From Armatimonadota bacterium (GTDB taxonomy: Bacteria > Armatimonadota > SYMT01): a stretch of 64,000 bases of DNA. The notes under the pieces are model-generated. The model saw only the letters and a list, made by a program, of their open reading frames with translations. It was not told the DNA's origin and ran no database searches. The stretch spans positions 1-64,000 of the forward strand of contig JAWLHY010000007.1 in the NCBI GenBank assembly GCA_041690135.1, given 5' to 3'. This document shows, in pieces, positions 26,833 through 36,217 of this stretch. Each line of letters starts with the position of its first letter. Positions within the stretch are counted from its first letter, which is position 1. The position numbers and the translations under genes were made by a program.

Positions 26833-29766
26833 ATGAGCTCCCCTCTAGTGAATAAATACACTGGTACTATCAGTCTTCTCTTCGCGGCCGCACTCACCTG
26901 GACTTCGCTAGGAGCCCAGGCGCAAGGAGCAGCGGCAGGACCGGTTCGCCGACCCGGTGTCGCCCAGAGGGCGCCCCAGGATGGGCAACTGCCTGCCAAC
27001 CTCCCGCAGGAGCTTCCGGGTGAGCTCGTGGTGCGACTAGCGCCCGGCATGACCGCGGATGCATTGGCCGCCCAGCACGGGTTGACCATCAAACGCCGGC
27101 TCCAGTTTGCGCCCAACACTTATATCTTTAAAGGCACACCCGCAACGGTCGCAAAGGTCACGGGTCAGATCCGCTCGACCCCGGGCGTCCTTAAGGCCGT
27201 GACCAACAAACTCGGGCGATACACCGCTCTTCCCAGTATCGACTCCAACGATGCTCTCCGCGGCGAGCAGTGGCCACTTCGAGTGATGGGTGCCCCCAAC
27301 TTCTGGGGCATCAGCGTGGGAGAGCGGCTCGTGAATGGGCCGGTGCGGAACGCCAAGGTCGGACTTCTGGACACCGGAATTCTGTCCAGCCATCCCGATC
27401 TAGCCGCGAATATGGACCCGAACGGCTGGGATTTCACTCTGGGCCAGTTGCACGACCCCCTCGACATCACCTGGTATACGCTCGAGGATCATGGCACGGC
27501 CATGGCCGGCTGCATGGCTGCCGTCACCAACAACTTCGAAGGGATTGCTAGCCTCCCCTGGGAGGGGGTGTCGGTGGTCCCGTGCGAGATTGGTGATTTC
27601 CTCGTATCCAATAACACGACCTTTATTCTGCCCTCTACTGGTTATGCCATCGACGCCATCTACTACTGCATCGAGCAGGGGGTGGACGTCATTAGCATGA
27701 GTTTCACCGTGGGGCAGGACGACCTGTTGGACCAGGCCCTGCAGGATGCTTACGACTCCGGCATCGTGGCTGTCGGCGCGAGTGGCAATAGCCGCTTCTT
27801 CGGAACCAGTTTCGGCGTTTCGTATCCCGCCAACGTCGACACCGTGATTGCGGTGGGCGCAGTGGGTCCTTCGGGCGAGCTGGCGTATTACTCGGACGGT
27901 GGCCCGGAACTGGATGTCGTTGCGCCAGGTGGGAACGACAGTAACTTCACGGACCTCACTCGTCAGGTGCTTACCACCGACGCCAGTGGTTTTTCGCCCA
28001 TTTTCGGTTTCCCGCCGGGCTATGACTACGGACAGGGGACCAGCCAGGCCTGTGCCTATACCGCCGGCGTCGTGGCGACTCTGATTACCCAGGGCGCTCG
28101 CGACGAGGACCTGACCCCGCAGGAACAGGTGGAGCGCATCCGCCAGATCCTCGAGAAGACCGCCCGGAACCCCCTCGGCCGCCGGACTGACGACTTCGGC
28201 GCCGGGCTGATCAACGTGGCTGCTGCTCTACGGGAAATCACCCCCGTCATCGATGTGGCTGCGCCGGTTCCCAACGAGATAACCGCCAGCTTTGGGGAGC
28301 CTCTGCAGGCTGTAATTACTCGCACGCAGTTGACGCCCGCAAACACGGGAATCCCCGGCGACTATGTCAAAGAGGTAGTTCCGCTGCTGGATGGCGATTT
28401 CGATGTCTTCCATAACGGCGTCTCCATTCTCGACAGCGTCGAGATCACGGACTCGCTCAGCGGGACCATTGGTTATGCTCCCGACTCGGACACGCGCTAC
28501 GCGATCGGCAATAACCGCATCAACATCGAGGTGGAGCATCCGCTGTTGGCGGACACGCAGCGCAGCCTGGAGGGTCCTGCCGTCGGACGGATCCCCGCTC
28601 GGGTGTTTCAGTTCCGCGTGCAGCCGCGGATCGAACAGCCTGGCCTTAAGCTGGTCAGTTTCCCGTTTGAACTGCAGGAAGGTGATGGGCTGGATGACGA
28701 AGGTGAACTTCGCGGACCGAATACCCTGTCCTTCCTCGTCGGCAGCAACCCGTTCAAGGTAGCGAGGTGGCTCACTAACCAGGGGCGTTATGCTATCTGG
28801 GACACGCTGGGCTCGCCGCAGGAGCCCGAAGCAGACCTGCTGCCTCCGCCCGCCCGCGATCTCGATCCGAACGATCCCAGCGACTCGCAAGAGATCTTCG
28901 ACGAAGTGGGTGTCCGCAGACCGCCTATCGGCCTCGGGTTCTGGGCGCGGGTGAATTCGCAGACACAGCTTCAGATCATCGGCAAGTCCGAACGCAGCGG
29001 CTCCTACGAGATCAAGTTGCAGCCCGGGTTCAACCTCATCGGCAATCCGTATCCCTTCCGTGTGCCGTGGAACGTTGTGAGTGTCCGTTTCGGCAACGAG
29101 TTGCTGTCGGTCCAGGAAGCTTCCAACCGCGGGCTCATGCGCAACACCTTATGGCGGTGGGATGGCGGCCGCTACCGCTTCGACGTCTTACCCCACGGTC
29201 AATTGCGGGAGTTCGAAGCACACTGGGTCCGCGCGTTCCGAGACGTGACGCTCGTTGTGCCCCGCATCGCGGCTAACTTCGGCACGGCAAGCGCCGAAAC
29301 GTCCGGCACGACGCTTGCGGGCGCTGACGGTAGCGGTAACGGGTGGACTGCAACCCTCGCGGCCGCCGTCGAAGGACAGGATGCCGGGGAGATCGTCGTG
29401 GGGGCTCGTCCGATGGCGGGTAACGGATACGGTCACGAGGATATCGAGTGCCCACCGCCCGCTCCTGCGCAACCCCAGTTGACGTTGTCCAACCGCCGCT
29501 GGGGCAAGCACAGCGGGAACTACGTGCAAGATGTCCGCAAGACGGGGCAGGGTGTCCAACATTGGATCGTAGAAGTGGAAACTTCTCGCCCCAGCGTACC
29601 CGTCAAACTGTCGTGGAACGGTTTCCCGCGCAATGCACAGGCCCGTTTGATGGTGAACGGCAAAGCCGGTGCCTGCAGTCTGACGGATCAGGGTTCCTAT
29701 CAGTTCACGCCTGCCAGGGCTGGAAAGCATCGGATCGTGATCTCCGCCGTTCCGTTCGCTAGCTAG
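26833..29766 (+). CDS. secreted S8 (subtilisin) serine peptidase with C-terminal beta-domains
   Basis: Catalytic triad LLDTG / DHGTAMAG / GTSQA; oxyanion ASGN; DVVAPGG; signal peptide and propeptide. Start at 26833 or 26848. Confidence 0.93.
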   Translation: MSSPLVNKYTGTISLLFAAALTWTSLGAQAQGAAAGPVRRPGVAQRAPQDGQLPANLPQELPGELVVRLAPGMTADALAAQHGLTIKRRLQFAPNTYIFKGTPATVAKVTGQIRSTPGVLKAVTNKLGRYTALPSIDSNDALRGEQWPLRVMGAPNFWGISVGERLVNGPVRNAKVGLLDTGILSSHPDLAANMDPNGWDFTLGQLHDPLDITWYTLEDHGTAMAGCMAAVTNNFEGIASLPWEGVSVVPCEIGDFLVSNNTTFILPSTGYAIDAIYYCIEQGVDVISMSFTVGQDDLLDQALQDAYDSGIVAVGASGNSRFFGTSFGVSYPANVDTVIAVGAVGPSGELAYYSDGGPELDVVAPGGNDSNFTDLTRQVLTTDASGFSPIFGFPPGYDYGQGTSQACAYTAGVVATLITQGARDEDLTPQEQVERIRQILEKTARNPLGRRTDDFGAGLINVAAALREITPVIDVAAPVPNEITASFGEPLQAVITRTQLTPANTGIPGDYVKEVVPLLDGDFDVFHNGVSILDSVEITDSLSGTIGYAPDSDTRYAIGNNRINIEVEHPLLADTQRSLEGPAVGRIPARVFQFRVQPRIEQPGLKLVSFPFELQEGDGLDDEGELRGPNTLSFLVGSNPFKVARWLTNQGRYAIWDTLGSPQEPEADLLPPPARDLDPNDPSDSQEIFDEVGVRRPPIGLGFWARVNSQTQLQIIGKSERSGSYEIKLQPGFNLIGNPYPFRVPWNVVSVRFGNELLSVQEASNRGLMRNTLWRWDGGRYRFDVLPHGQLREFEAHWVRAFRDVTLVVPRIAANFGTASAETSGTTLAGADGSGNGWTATLAAAVEGQDAGEIVVGARPMAGNGYGHEDIECPPPAPAQPQLTLSNRRWGKHSGNYVQDVRKTGQGVQHWIVEVETSRPSVPVKLSWNGFPRNAQARLMVNGKAGACSLTDQGSYQFTPARAGKHRIVISAVPFAS

Positions 29767-29794
29767 ATACTTCTACTGACTATACGAACCACGC

Positions 29795-29819
29795 GCTGGG
29801 GGGAGCTTCTCTCCCCAGC
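29795..29819 (+). other. intra-operon stem-loop
   Basis: gctggggggag-cttct-ctccccagc hairpin without a U-tract. Confidence 0.45.
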
Positions 29820-29838
29820 CTGGTGAACAGGGCTACCA

Positions 29839-31932
29839 ATGGCCGTTATCTCAAAGTTGCTAAGCAGGGTGCATCACCTCCGACCACTGCGCCGGAGTGC
29901 CGCATCGCTGGGCGCTGCATTCGCGGTAGCGGGGATGGCGCTCGCTCCCTCTAGTTCACAGGCGCAGACAATCGTCTATCCGACCTGGATGGTGGACTCG
30001 GGTGTGACCGGCCTTTTTGCAGGTCCCATCTCGAATCGCTACCTGCTGCTGTGGGAGTACTTCCGCGGCAACGACACGACCCGGTTCAACATCTGGACCT
30101 CACTCGGCGATCCGCTGAACCCACTCGACGATTTCTACTTCACCGGGTTCTTCAACAACGACCAGACTCAGTACACCCTGGAGTGTGACTGGGGGTCGCG
30201 CTTGTTCTCGTCTCAACGACCTACGCGGTGCGTCGTCGGCAACAATGGCCGAACCAGTGGGGACGATCGCCCGGTGGCGGCGGAGTGGACATTGCACGTG
30301 GAGGACAATGCGTCGGCGACAGGCTTCACCGACTACCGGTACCCGGAAGCTGGAAGTGCCGAACTGGGTCCCCCCGTGGCGACGTTGCCAAACGGCCAGG
30401 GCTACTATGCCCCCTATACGGTCCCGAATAACGCCCCCACCGCAAGCGGTATCGATCTGCAGGTCACACAGAAGACGCAGTTCGCACGCGACCTGCTCCG
30501 GATCGAATTGATGATTCGAAACCGCTCGGGCAGTGCGCGGCGGGTAGGGGCGAGACTTCTGCTGGACCCCTATGTGGACCTGCGGAACGGTGGTTTTACC
30601 AATTCCGTGTTCTTGCCGCAGACGCGGGACCGTATCCTGTACGAGACCGAGTATCGCAACGCGTCGGTTCCCCCCGAGTGGGAAATGTTCGACGACGATG
30701 AGGGGCCCAATCCCAACTACATTGCCAAGGGCATTTTCCGCGGGCAGGGGGCAACCTCGCCGAGCCGGGTTATCTTTGGCAACACACTGGATATGTGGCC
30801 GTTTGTTCAGGCCAACGCCCAATATGATTGGGTGACCCGCCCGGACTTCGAACTCCGCATCTCCGATATCGGCATGCTCATCTACTGGGATCCCATCTCT
30901 ATTCCGGCAGGCCAGACGCGGACCTTCGTCACCTACGCGGGGATGGGGGTGGCGAACCACGGGATGAGCGACTCATACCAGACCACCCCTGCGGGGGAAC
31001 TCCGGACGCGCGGCTTCGTGGGTGCGGTCCAGAGCCCGTTTGCGCTGCCACTGACTGATGGCGATGCCGACACCGCGACGGCCACCATCACGGCGTACTT
31101 CCAGAACGAGCTGCAGATTCTCGCCCCCGGATCTTTTGCCTTCCTGGAACTGCCGGATGGGCTCAAGTTCGCGGATAACGCGCCGGATCAATCGCAGCGC
31201 CTGGAACTCGGGGCGGTATCGGCGATTGGAGACAGCCTGGATGAACGTTCCGGCAACTGGACGGTGCAGCCGACAGGTATCGAAGCGGGCCTGCTTCCGG
31301 TGAATGTCACCTTCGGAAACACCTTCGGAGATTCGGCCCGAGCAGTGCGATACATCAATGTACCGCAAGGGCGTTTGTTCCAGTTGGGCGACGACTGGCG
31401 CTTTATCACCTTCCCGTTCACCTACACTAACTTGCAGGATGACCCCGCGCAGGTTCTGGGGCTCGCTCCGGGCACGTTCCAGATCGTCCGCTATAACTCG
31501 GAGATAAACGACTACGAACAGGTCTCGCGCATCCAACCCGGCCAAGGCTATTGGGTACGGATGCTGGGACAGGGAACCACGTTCGTGCGGCTGAACGAAG
31601 CCAGTCCCGTGAAGTTGGGGTCTCGCGAGGTATTCACGACGGGGATGCGGCAGGGGTGGAACATGGTGGGCAACCCAAGCCCTTACGTGGTTCCGGTGCG
31701 CGAGCTCCAGTTCGTAACCTCGTTCGGCGAGATTGTAACCTTCGACCAGGCGATTCGCTCCGGGTTCATCCGGGCCGGACTGTATTCCTACAACCGAAAG
31801 ACTGGCAACTACGAGGCGTTGAACCGGGAATCCCTGATTCAGCCGGGGCGCTCCATCTGGATCTACGCCAATGGCGAGCGGACCGTCCTGTGGCCGGCGC
31901 CGCAGGGGCCGCAGCGAGCCATCACTCCCTAA
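29839..31932 (+). CDS. secreted hypothetical protein with duplicated C-terminal GWNMVG domain
   Basis: 697 aa; signal peptide ending AQA|Q; beta-rich; C-terminal domain resembles those of 18098..24541 and the S8 peptidase. Confidence 0.88.
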   Translation: MAVISKLLSRVHHLRPLRRSAASLGAAFAVAGMALAPSSSQAQTIVYPTWMVDSGVTGLFAGPISNRYLLLWEYFRGNDTTRFNIWTSLGDPLNPLDDFYFTGFFNNDQTQYTLECDWGSRLFSSQRPTRCVVGNNGRTSGDDRPVAAEWTLHVEDNASATGFTDYRYPEAGSAELGPPVATLPNGQGYYAPYTVPNNAPTASGIDLQVTQKTQFARDLLRIELMIRNRSGSARRVGARLLLDPYVDLRNGGFTNSVFLPQTRDRILYETEYRNASVPPEWEMFDDDEGPNPNYIAKGIFRGQGATSPSRVIFGNTLDMWPFVQANAQYDWVTRPDFELRISDIGMLIYWDPISIPAGQTRTFVTYAGMGVANHGMSDSYQTTPAGELRTRGFVGAVQSPFALPLTDGDADTATATITAYFQNELQILAPGSFAFLELPDGLKFADNAPDQSQRLELGAVSAIGDSLDERSGNWTVQPTGIEAGLLPVNVTFGNTFGDSARAVRYINVPQGRLFQLGDDWRFITFPFTYTNLQDDPAQVLGLAPGTFQIVRYNSEINDYEQVSRIQPGQGYWVRMLGQGTTFVRLNEASPVKLGSREVFTTGMRQGWNMVGNPSPYVVPVRELQFVTSFGEIVTFDQAIRSGFIRAGLYSYNRKTGNYEALNRESLIQPGRSIWIYANGERTVLWPAPQGPQRAITP

Positions 31933-32008
31933 TGCAAAACGGGATCGGACCCGCCGTCATCGGTTGTCCGATCCCCACAACTACATCACTTCCGACAGGA
32001 GAACCCAG

Positions 32009-33379
32009 ATGAGGATCCGCTATGCATGGGCGCTTGCAGGTCTTTCCCTGCTTGCCGTGCAGTCAGCGTCATTGGCGCAGGCCATCCCTCCGGATGAAGT
32101 TCCCGGCGGTGCCGTGCCCGGCCAGGCCATTCCGGGACTTCCCGGACTGCAGGGGGCCTTCTCGCCGCCTCCGCCCATCCGCGCGGGCCAGCCTATCAGC
32201 GTGCTCGTCTTTCCATTTGGGCTCGCCGGCGGCATGGAAGCTGCGGCTCCACCGCCGGGCGAAGCGGCGCCCGTTGCGCCTGGGGAAGCTGTTGAACCGG
32301 GCGCTGCTGATGCCGCTTCCGGTAGCCAACTGACACCGGAACAGCAGGAGTTGGTGAACCAGTTGACGGCCGCTGTTAAGGCCGGGTTCTTGTCGACGCC
32401 GGCGTATTCGGTTGCCACGTACCACCCGCAGTCTTCGCTCGTGCTCCGCGCACGCAAGGACGAGATTCTGCGGCCCGAGCATCTGGAAGGGCTCGTATCG
32501 CCCACAGGTGCGGTTGATGCCGAGCGCGCGCGCGCAATCGCCTATCGGCTTGGAATGCAGACGATCCTGGTGGGAACCGTCGATGTGCAAGCCGAACCGA
32601 TGGCCAACGCGGTGGAACTCACGGTCGATGCACAGTTACTTGACAGCACGACCGGCAAAGCGCTGAAAACTGCGGCGGTGGGCGGCTCGGCCAAGGGCGT
32701 AGAAGGCGTACCCATGACGGCCGTTCAGGAGCGGGCCGCGATGGAAGCCGCTCAACGAATGCTGCCCGCTCTGGGTATTCAGCTCGTCTTGCCGAAGAGC
32801 GGAAACGCGCAGCAGAATGAGCGGTCGAACGCATCCGCCGGAAAGCCAACGCAGGAACGGCGGGCCGCAGCGCGCGCGGCGGCGAAGGCCGAGAGAGAAG
32901 CTGCCGAAAAGGCGAGGGCCGCAGCCCGAACGGCTGAACGCGAGCGAAAGAAGCAGGAAGCGGCGGCGGAGAAGGCTCGCAAAGAGAGCGAAAAGAAGGC
33001 CCGTCAGAAGCCCACTTCCGCCCGAAGAGAGGAGCCCGAGCCTGCCGTCGTGGCCTCCGCGCCCGAGAAGCCGAAATTGCTGGCGCAGAACACACCTGCC
33101 CCCGCACAGCCTGTCCCTGCCCCTGCGGCGCCGACGGCTCCCGCTACCGGAACGGCGCCCGCCGCACCGGAAGAAGGCCCGACCGTCATGCCGATGGGGA
33201 CGGGAACGGGTACCGTTCAGGGCGTTGCGGACCCGCAAGGCCGCCCGGTGCCTTACGGCTATGCGACCAACGACAGGCAGGAGAGCGCTCTGCCGCGACG
33301 TCAGCGCAGCGGGCTGCGGGTTCCCCCCTGGCTCGGGCTGGTCGGTTTCCTGGCGGGTGTCGGTTTCCTACTGAACTGA
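32009..33379 (+). CDS. exported CsgG/TolB-N-like protein with TolA-like Ala/Lys/Glu helix and C-terminal membrane anchor
   Basis: AGGAG RBS; signal peptide; 'ISVLVFPF...TILVGTV...AQLLDSTTGK'; charged helical linker; terminal 'WLGLVGFLAGVGFLLN'. Confidence 0.82.
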   Translation: MRIRYAWALAGLSLLAVQSASLAQAIPPDEVPGGAVPGQAIPGLPGLQGAFSPPPPIRAGQPISVLVFPFGLAGGMEAAAPPPGEAAPVAPGEAVEPGAADAASGSQLTPEQQELVNQLTAAVKAGFLSTPAYSVATYHPQSSLVLRARKDEILRPEHLEGLVSPTGAVDAERARAIAYRLGMQTILVGTVDVQAEPMANAVELTVDAQLLDSTTGKALKTAAVGGSAKGVEGVPMTAVQERAAMEAAQRMLPALGIQLVLPKSGNAQQNERSNASAGKPTQERRAAARAAAKAEREAAEKARAAARTAERERKKQEAAAEKARKESEKKARQKPTSARREEPEPAVVASAPEKPKLLAQNTPAPAQPVPAPAAPTAPATGTAPAAPEEGPTVMPMGTGTGTVQGVADPQGRPVPYGYATNDRQESALPRRQRSGLRVPPWLGLVGFLAGVGFLLN

Positions 33380-33419
33380 GCCGGCGATCCGAATTCCAGA
33401 CGACGAGCGCAATGAACGC

Positions 33420-33449
33420 AAGGGATGGGTCAATTGACCCATCCCTTTT
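33420..33449 (+). terminator. rho-independent terminator ending the exported-protein operon
   Basis: aagggatgggtca-at-tgacccatccctt followed by tt. Confidence 0.8.
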
Positions 33450-33461
33450 CTCTTGTGGACC

Positions 33462-35093
33462 ATGAGTGAACCAATTCCAGTGGACGCGGTCAGCGTCGAG
33501 GTCTTCAGGCATCTTTTCATCTCCATCGCAGAAGAGATGGGAGTCACCCTCGAACGCACTGCCTATTCGCCAAACATCAAGGAACGCCGCGACCATTCTT
33601 GCGCGGTGTTCGACGCCCGCGGCCACCTTCTAGCGCAGGCCGCTCATATTCCCGTGCACCTCGGTGCGTTCCCGCTCTTGATGGAAGCGGTGGTACCACT
33701 TTTCACGTGGGAGCCCGGCGACACCATCATTTGCAACGATCCTTTCGTCGGCGGTACACACCTGCCCGACGTTAGTCTCGTTGCCCCCGTCTTTGCACGC
33801 ACGGGAAGCCTGGCGGGTTTTGTGGCAAACCGGGCGCACCACGCGGACATTGGAGGAGCCTTTCCCGGTTCCATGGGACCGAGCCGTGAGGTTTACCAGG
33901 AGGGAGTCATCATTCCTCCGCTCCAGTTGTGTCGGGCGGGTGTGCGCAACGACGCCGTCGTTGCTCTCATTTGTCGGAACGTCCGTACTCCCCTGGAGCG
34001 CCGGGGAGACCTGGCAGCACAATTGTCGGCGAATGCTACCGGTGCGGCACGTTTCGAAGAACTCCTCGCGCAGTACGGTGCTGCAGCCGTCGATGAACAC
34101 GGACGCGCGCTGCAGGTACGGGCGCAGAAAGCAGTGGAGTCCCTACTTGAGGCGTTCCCGTCCGGCCGGTTTTCCTTTGTTGATCACCTGGACGATGATG
34201 GCCACGGCAGTGGTCCTTTGCCCATAGCCGTCACTGTTCAGGTGGTGGATGGCCGGCTCTGCTTCGACTTCGAGGGGACGGCCGAGCAGTCCATCGGGCC
34301 GATCAATGCCACGCTGGCGGTGACCCACTCAGCGGTCTACTATGCGGTGATTTGCCTGCTCGGTGAGGATGTACCTATCAACCAGGGCGCCTTCGTGCCG
34401 GTGGAAATACATGCTCCGCCAGGGTCACTCGTAAATGCCCAGGCGCCGGCAGCGGTTGCCGCCGGTAACGTGGAAACCAGCCAGCGCATCGCGGATGCCG
34501 TCTTTGGCGCCCTCGCCCGTGCACTGCCGGAGCGGATTGCGGCGGCCAGCCAGGGCACAATGAACAACATCACTCTGGGTGGATGGGACCCCCGCTCCGG
34601 CACACCGTGGGCATACTATGAGACGCTGGGCGGGGGAATTGGCGCCGGTCCGGAGTATGACGGCGCTTCCGGTGTCCACTGCCATATGAGCAACACCCGC
34701 AACACTCCGGTCGAGGCCCTCGAATACCACTATCCGCTCCGGGTGCGGAGCTACGCATTGCGAGCCGGTTCCGGGGGTATGGGCAAGCACTGGGGCGGGG
34801 AGGGAGTGATCCGCGAACTGGAGTTGCTCGCCGATACCACGGTGACCCTCTTGAGCGAGCGGCGCGTCCTATCGCCGTATGGCCTGGAGGGCGGCCAGCC
34901 CGCTCAGCCGGGACTCAACCAGGTGAAACGGGGCAACGGCTGGGAAACTTTACCCGCGAAGTTCTCATTGCCGCTGAAGGCGGGCGACCGCTTCAAAGTC
35001 TCGACGCCGGGAGGGGGAGGCTGGGGTGTCCCTCCCGATGGCGAGAGCTTCGCACTCAACGGACCGAACTTGCCAGATGTTTCGACCGAGTGA
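33462..35093 (+). CDS. hydantoinase B / 5-oxoprolinase subunit B
   Basis: [56 protein letters not shown]. Confidence 0.95.
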   Translation: MSEPIPVDAVSVEVFRHLFISIAEEMGVTLERTAYSPNIKERRDHSCAVFDARGHLLAQAAHIPVHLGAFPLLMEAVVPLFTWEPGDTIICNDPFVGGTHLPDVSLVAPVFARTGSLAGFVANRAHHADIGGAFPGSMGPSREVYQEGVIIPPLQLCRAGVRNDAVVALICRNVRTPLERRGDLAAQLSANATGAARFEELLAQYGAAAVDEHGRALQVRAQKAVESLLEAFPSGRFSFVDHLDDDGHGSGPLPIAVTVQVVDGRLCFDFEGTAEQSIGPINATLAVTHSAVYYAVICLLGEDVPINQGAFVPVEIHAPPGSLVNAQAPAAVAAGNVETSQRIADAVFGALARALPERIAAASQGTMNNITLGGWDPRSGTPWAYYETLGGGIGAGPEYDGASGVHCHMSNTRNTPVEALEYHYPLRVRSYALRAGSGGMGKHWGGEGVIRELELLADTTVTLLSERRVLSPYGLEGGQPAQPGLNQVKRGNGWETLPAKFSLPLKAGDRFKVSTPGGGGWGVPPDGESFALNGPNLPDVSTE

Positions 35094-36021
35094 CCCGCCG
35101 CACCCGTTCCTCGTTGTCGATCAGTACGAATTCGCCGTTCCGCTCCTTGAGATGACGCGCGGTACGCGTAAGCATTGCCAGCGCATCCGCGGAGACTACG
35201 AGGAGGCCCGATACGTCCACCACCAGCCGCCGATAGCCGCGCGCAATCAACGCGTGGCAGATTTTCTCGCCTCGCAGTGAGCCGGCTGCGTCGATGCGTC
35301 CCTGGAATTGTAGTCGGACAGCACGCCCGTCGCCGCCGGCTTCCACGTGGATGCTCAAGCTGCTGTGCTTTCGTAGAGGGCGTGCGGAGGCCAGGGAACG
35401 CGGCCCTTCCCGGCGGTACTCAAGAGCGGGCAGATTCAGGGCCCAGAGTTCCTCGCTCGCGTCCAACTGGTCTCGGGCGGTCCACGCCCGTCGCAGCGGC
35501 GACTCCAGGAAGTGCCAGATGCCGTCTTCCGTGTCAAAATCAATCCGGCAGATCGCCCACCGGCCATCGTCCGATTGGCTTCCACGAAGGCGGGTTGTTC
35601 CGGGAGCGGCAAGTGCTCGCAGGGCGTAATCGCTGTCTCGCGACCTGGACGTTTCCCGAGGCTCACGATGCCGGCAGAGGCGAAGGAGGGTGGCGTTGCC
35701 GTCGGAGCCGGACAGTCGGCGATCAAAAGCACCCGGCAGGCACTGTGGCTCGGTCGCGGAAAAGCCATGCGTGGCGGCCAGTTGGATCCAGTGCCGGAGT
35801 TCCTGATCGTCGGTGGCGGACAGCAGAGCGGCGCGACTTTCCCAGTCGATCAACACGAACAGTGCGTCCGGCGCTTCCAGCGTTTTGAAGGTCTGCCAGC
35901 GTCGGAACCCGGAGAGCGCACGAACGCGCCGTGCTGCCTTGACGAGGGAGCGGAGGGCCGGTCGTGGAGTGGAGCCGAATCCACGCAGAGAATCGATACG
36001 GACGAGCGCGGTTACATCCAT
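35056..36021 (-). CDS. ABM-like (dimeric alpha/beta barrel) domains fused to a C-terminal STAS anti-sigma-factor-antagonist domain
   Basis: N-terminal 'GFRRWQTF...LFVLIDWES' is ABM-like. C-terminal 'LQFQGRIDAA...LVVDVSGLLVVSADALAML...GEFVLI' is STAS-like. Confidence 0.65.
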   Translation of the reverse strand: MDVTALVRIDSLRGFGSTPRPALRSLVKAARRVRALSGFRRWQTFKTLEAPDALFVLIDWESRAALLSATDDQELRHWIQLAATHGFSATEPQCLPGAFDRRLSGSDGNATLLRLCRHREPRETSRSRDSDYALRALAAPGTTRLRGSQSDDGRWAICRIDFDTEDGIWHFLESPLRRAWTARDQLDASEELWALNLPALEYRREGPRSLASARPLRKHSSLSIHVEAGGDGRAVRLQFQGRIDAAGSLRGEKICHALIARGYRRLVVDVSGLLVVSADALAMLTRTARHLKERNGEFVLIDNEERVRRVTRSKHLASSVR

Positions 36022-36217
36022 GGCTTGGTGCGCGTTTTCTGCATTGGCTGAAGCTGCCGGGTGGGACCGTCGAATGGAAGGAAGTCCGTGGTGGAGTTAA
36101 AAGACTGGCCGTTCGTCAGAATTCGCCATGGGTGATTATCGGCGGCTGTTTGATTGGCATGGAATCGACGTAGGCCAATCAAGCAGTCCGTGGTCTCTTC
36201 GCACCAAATTTCAACAG

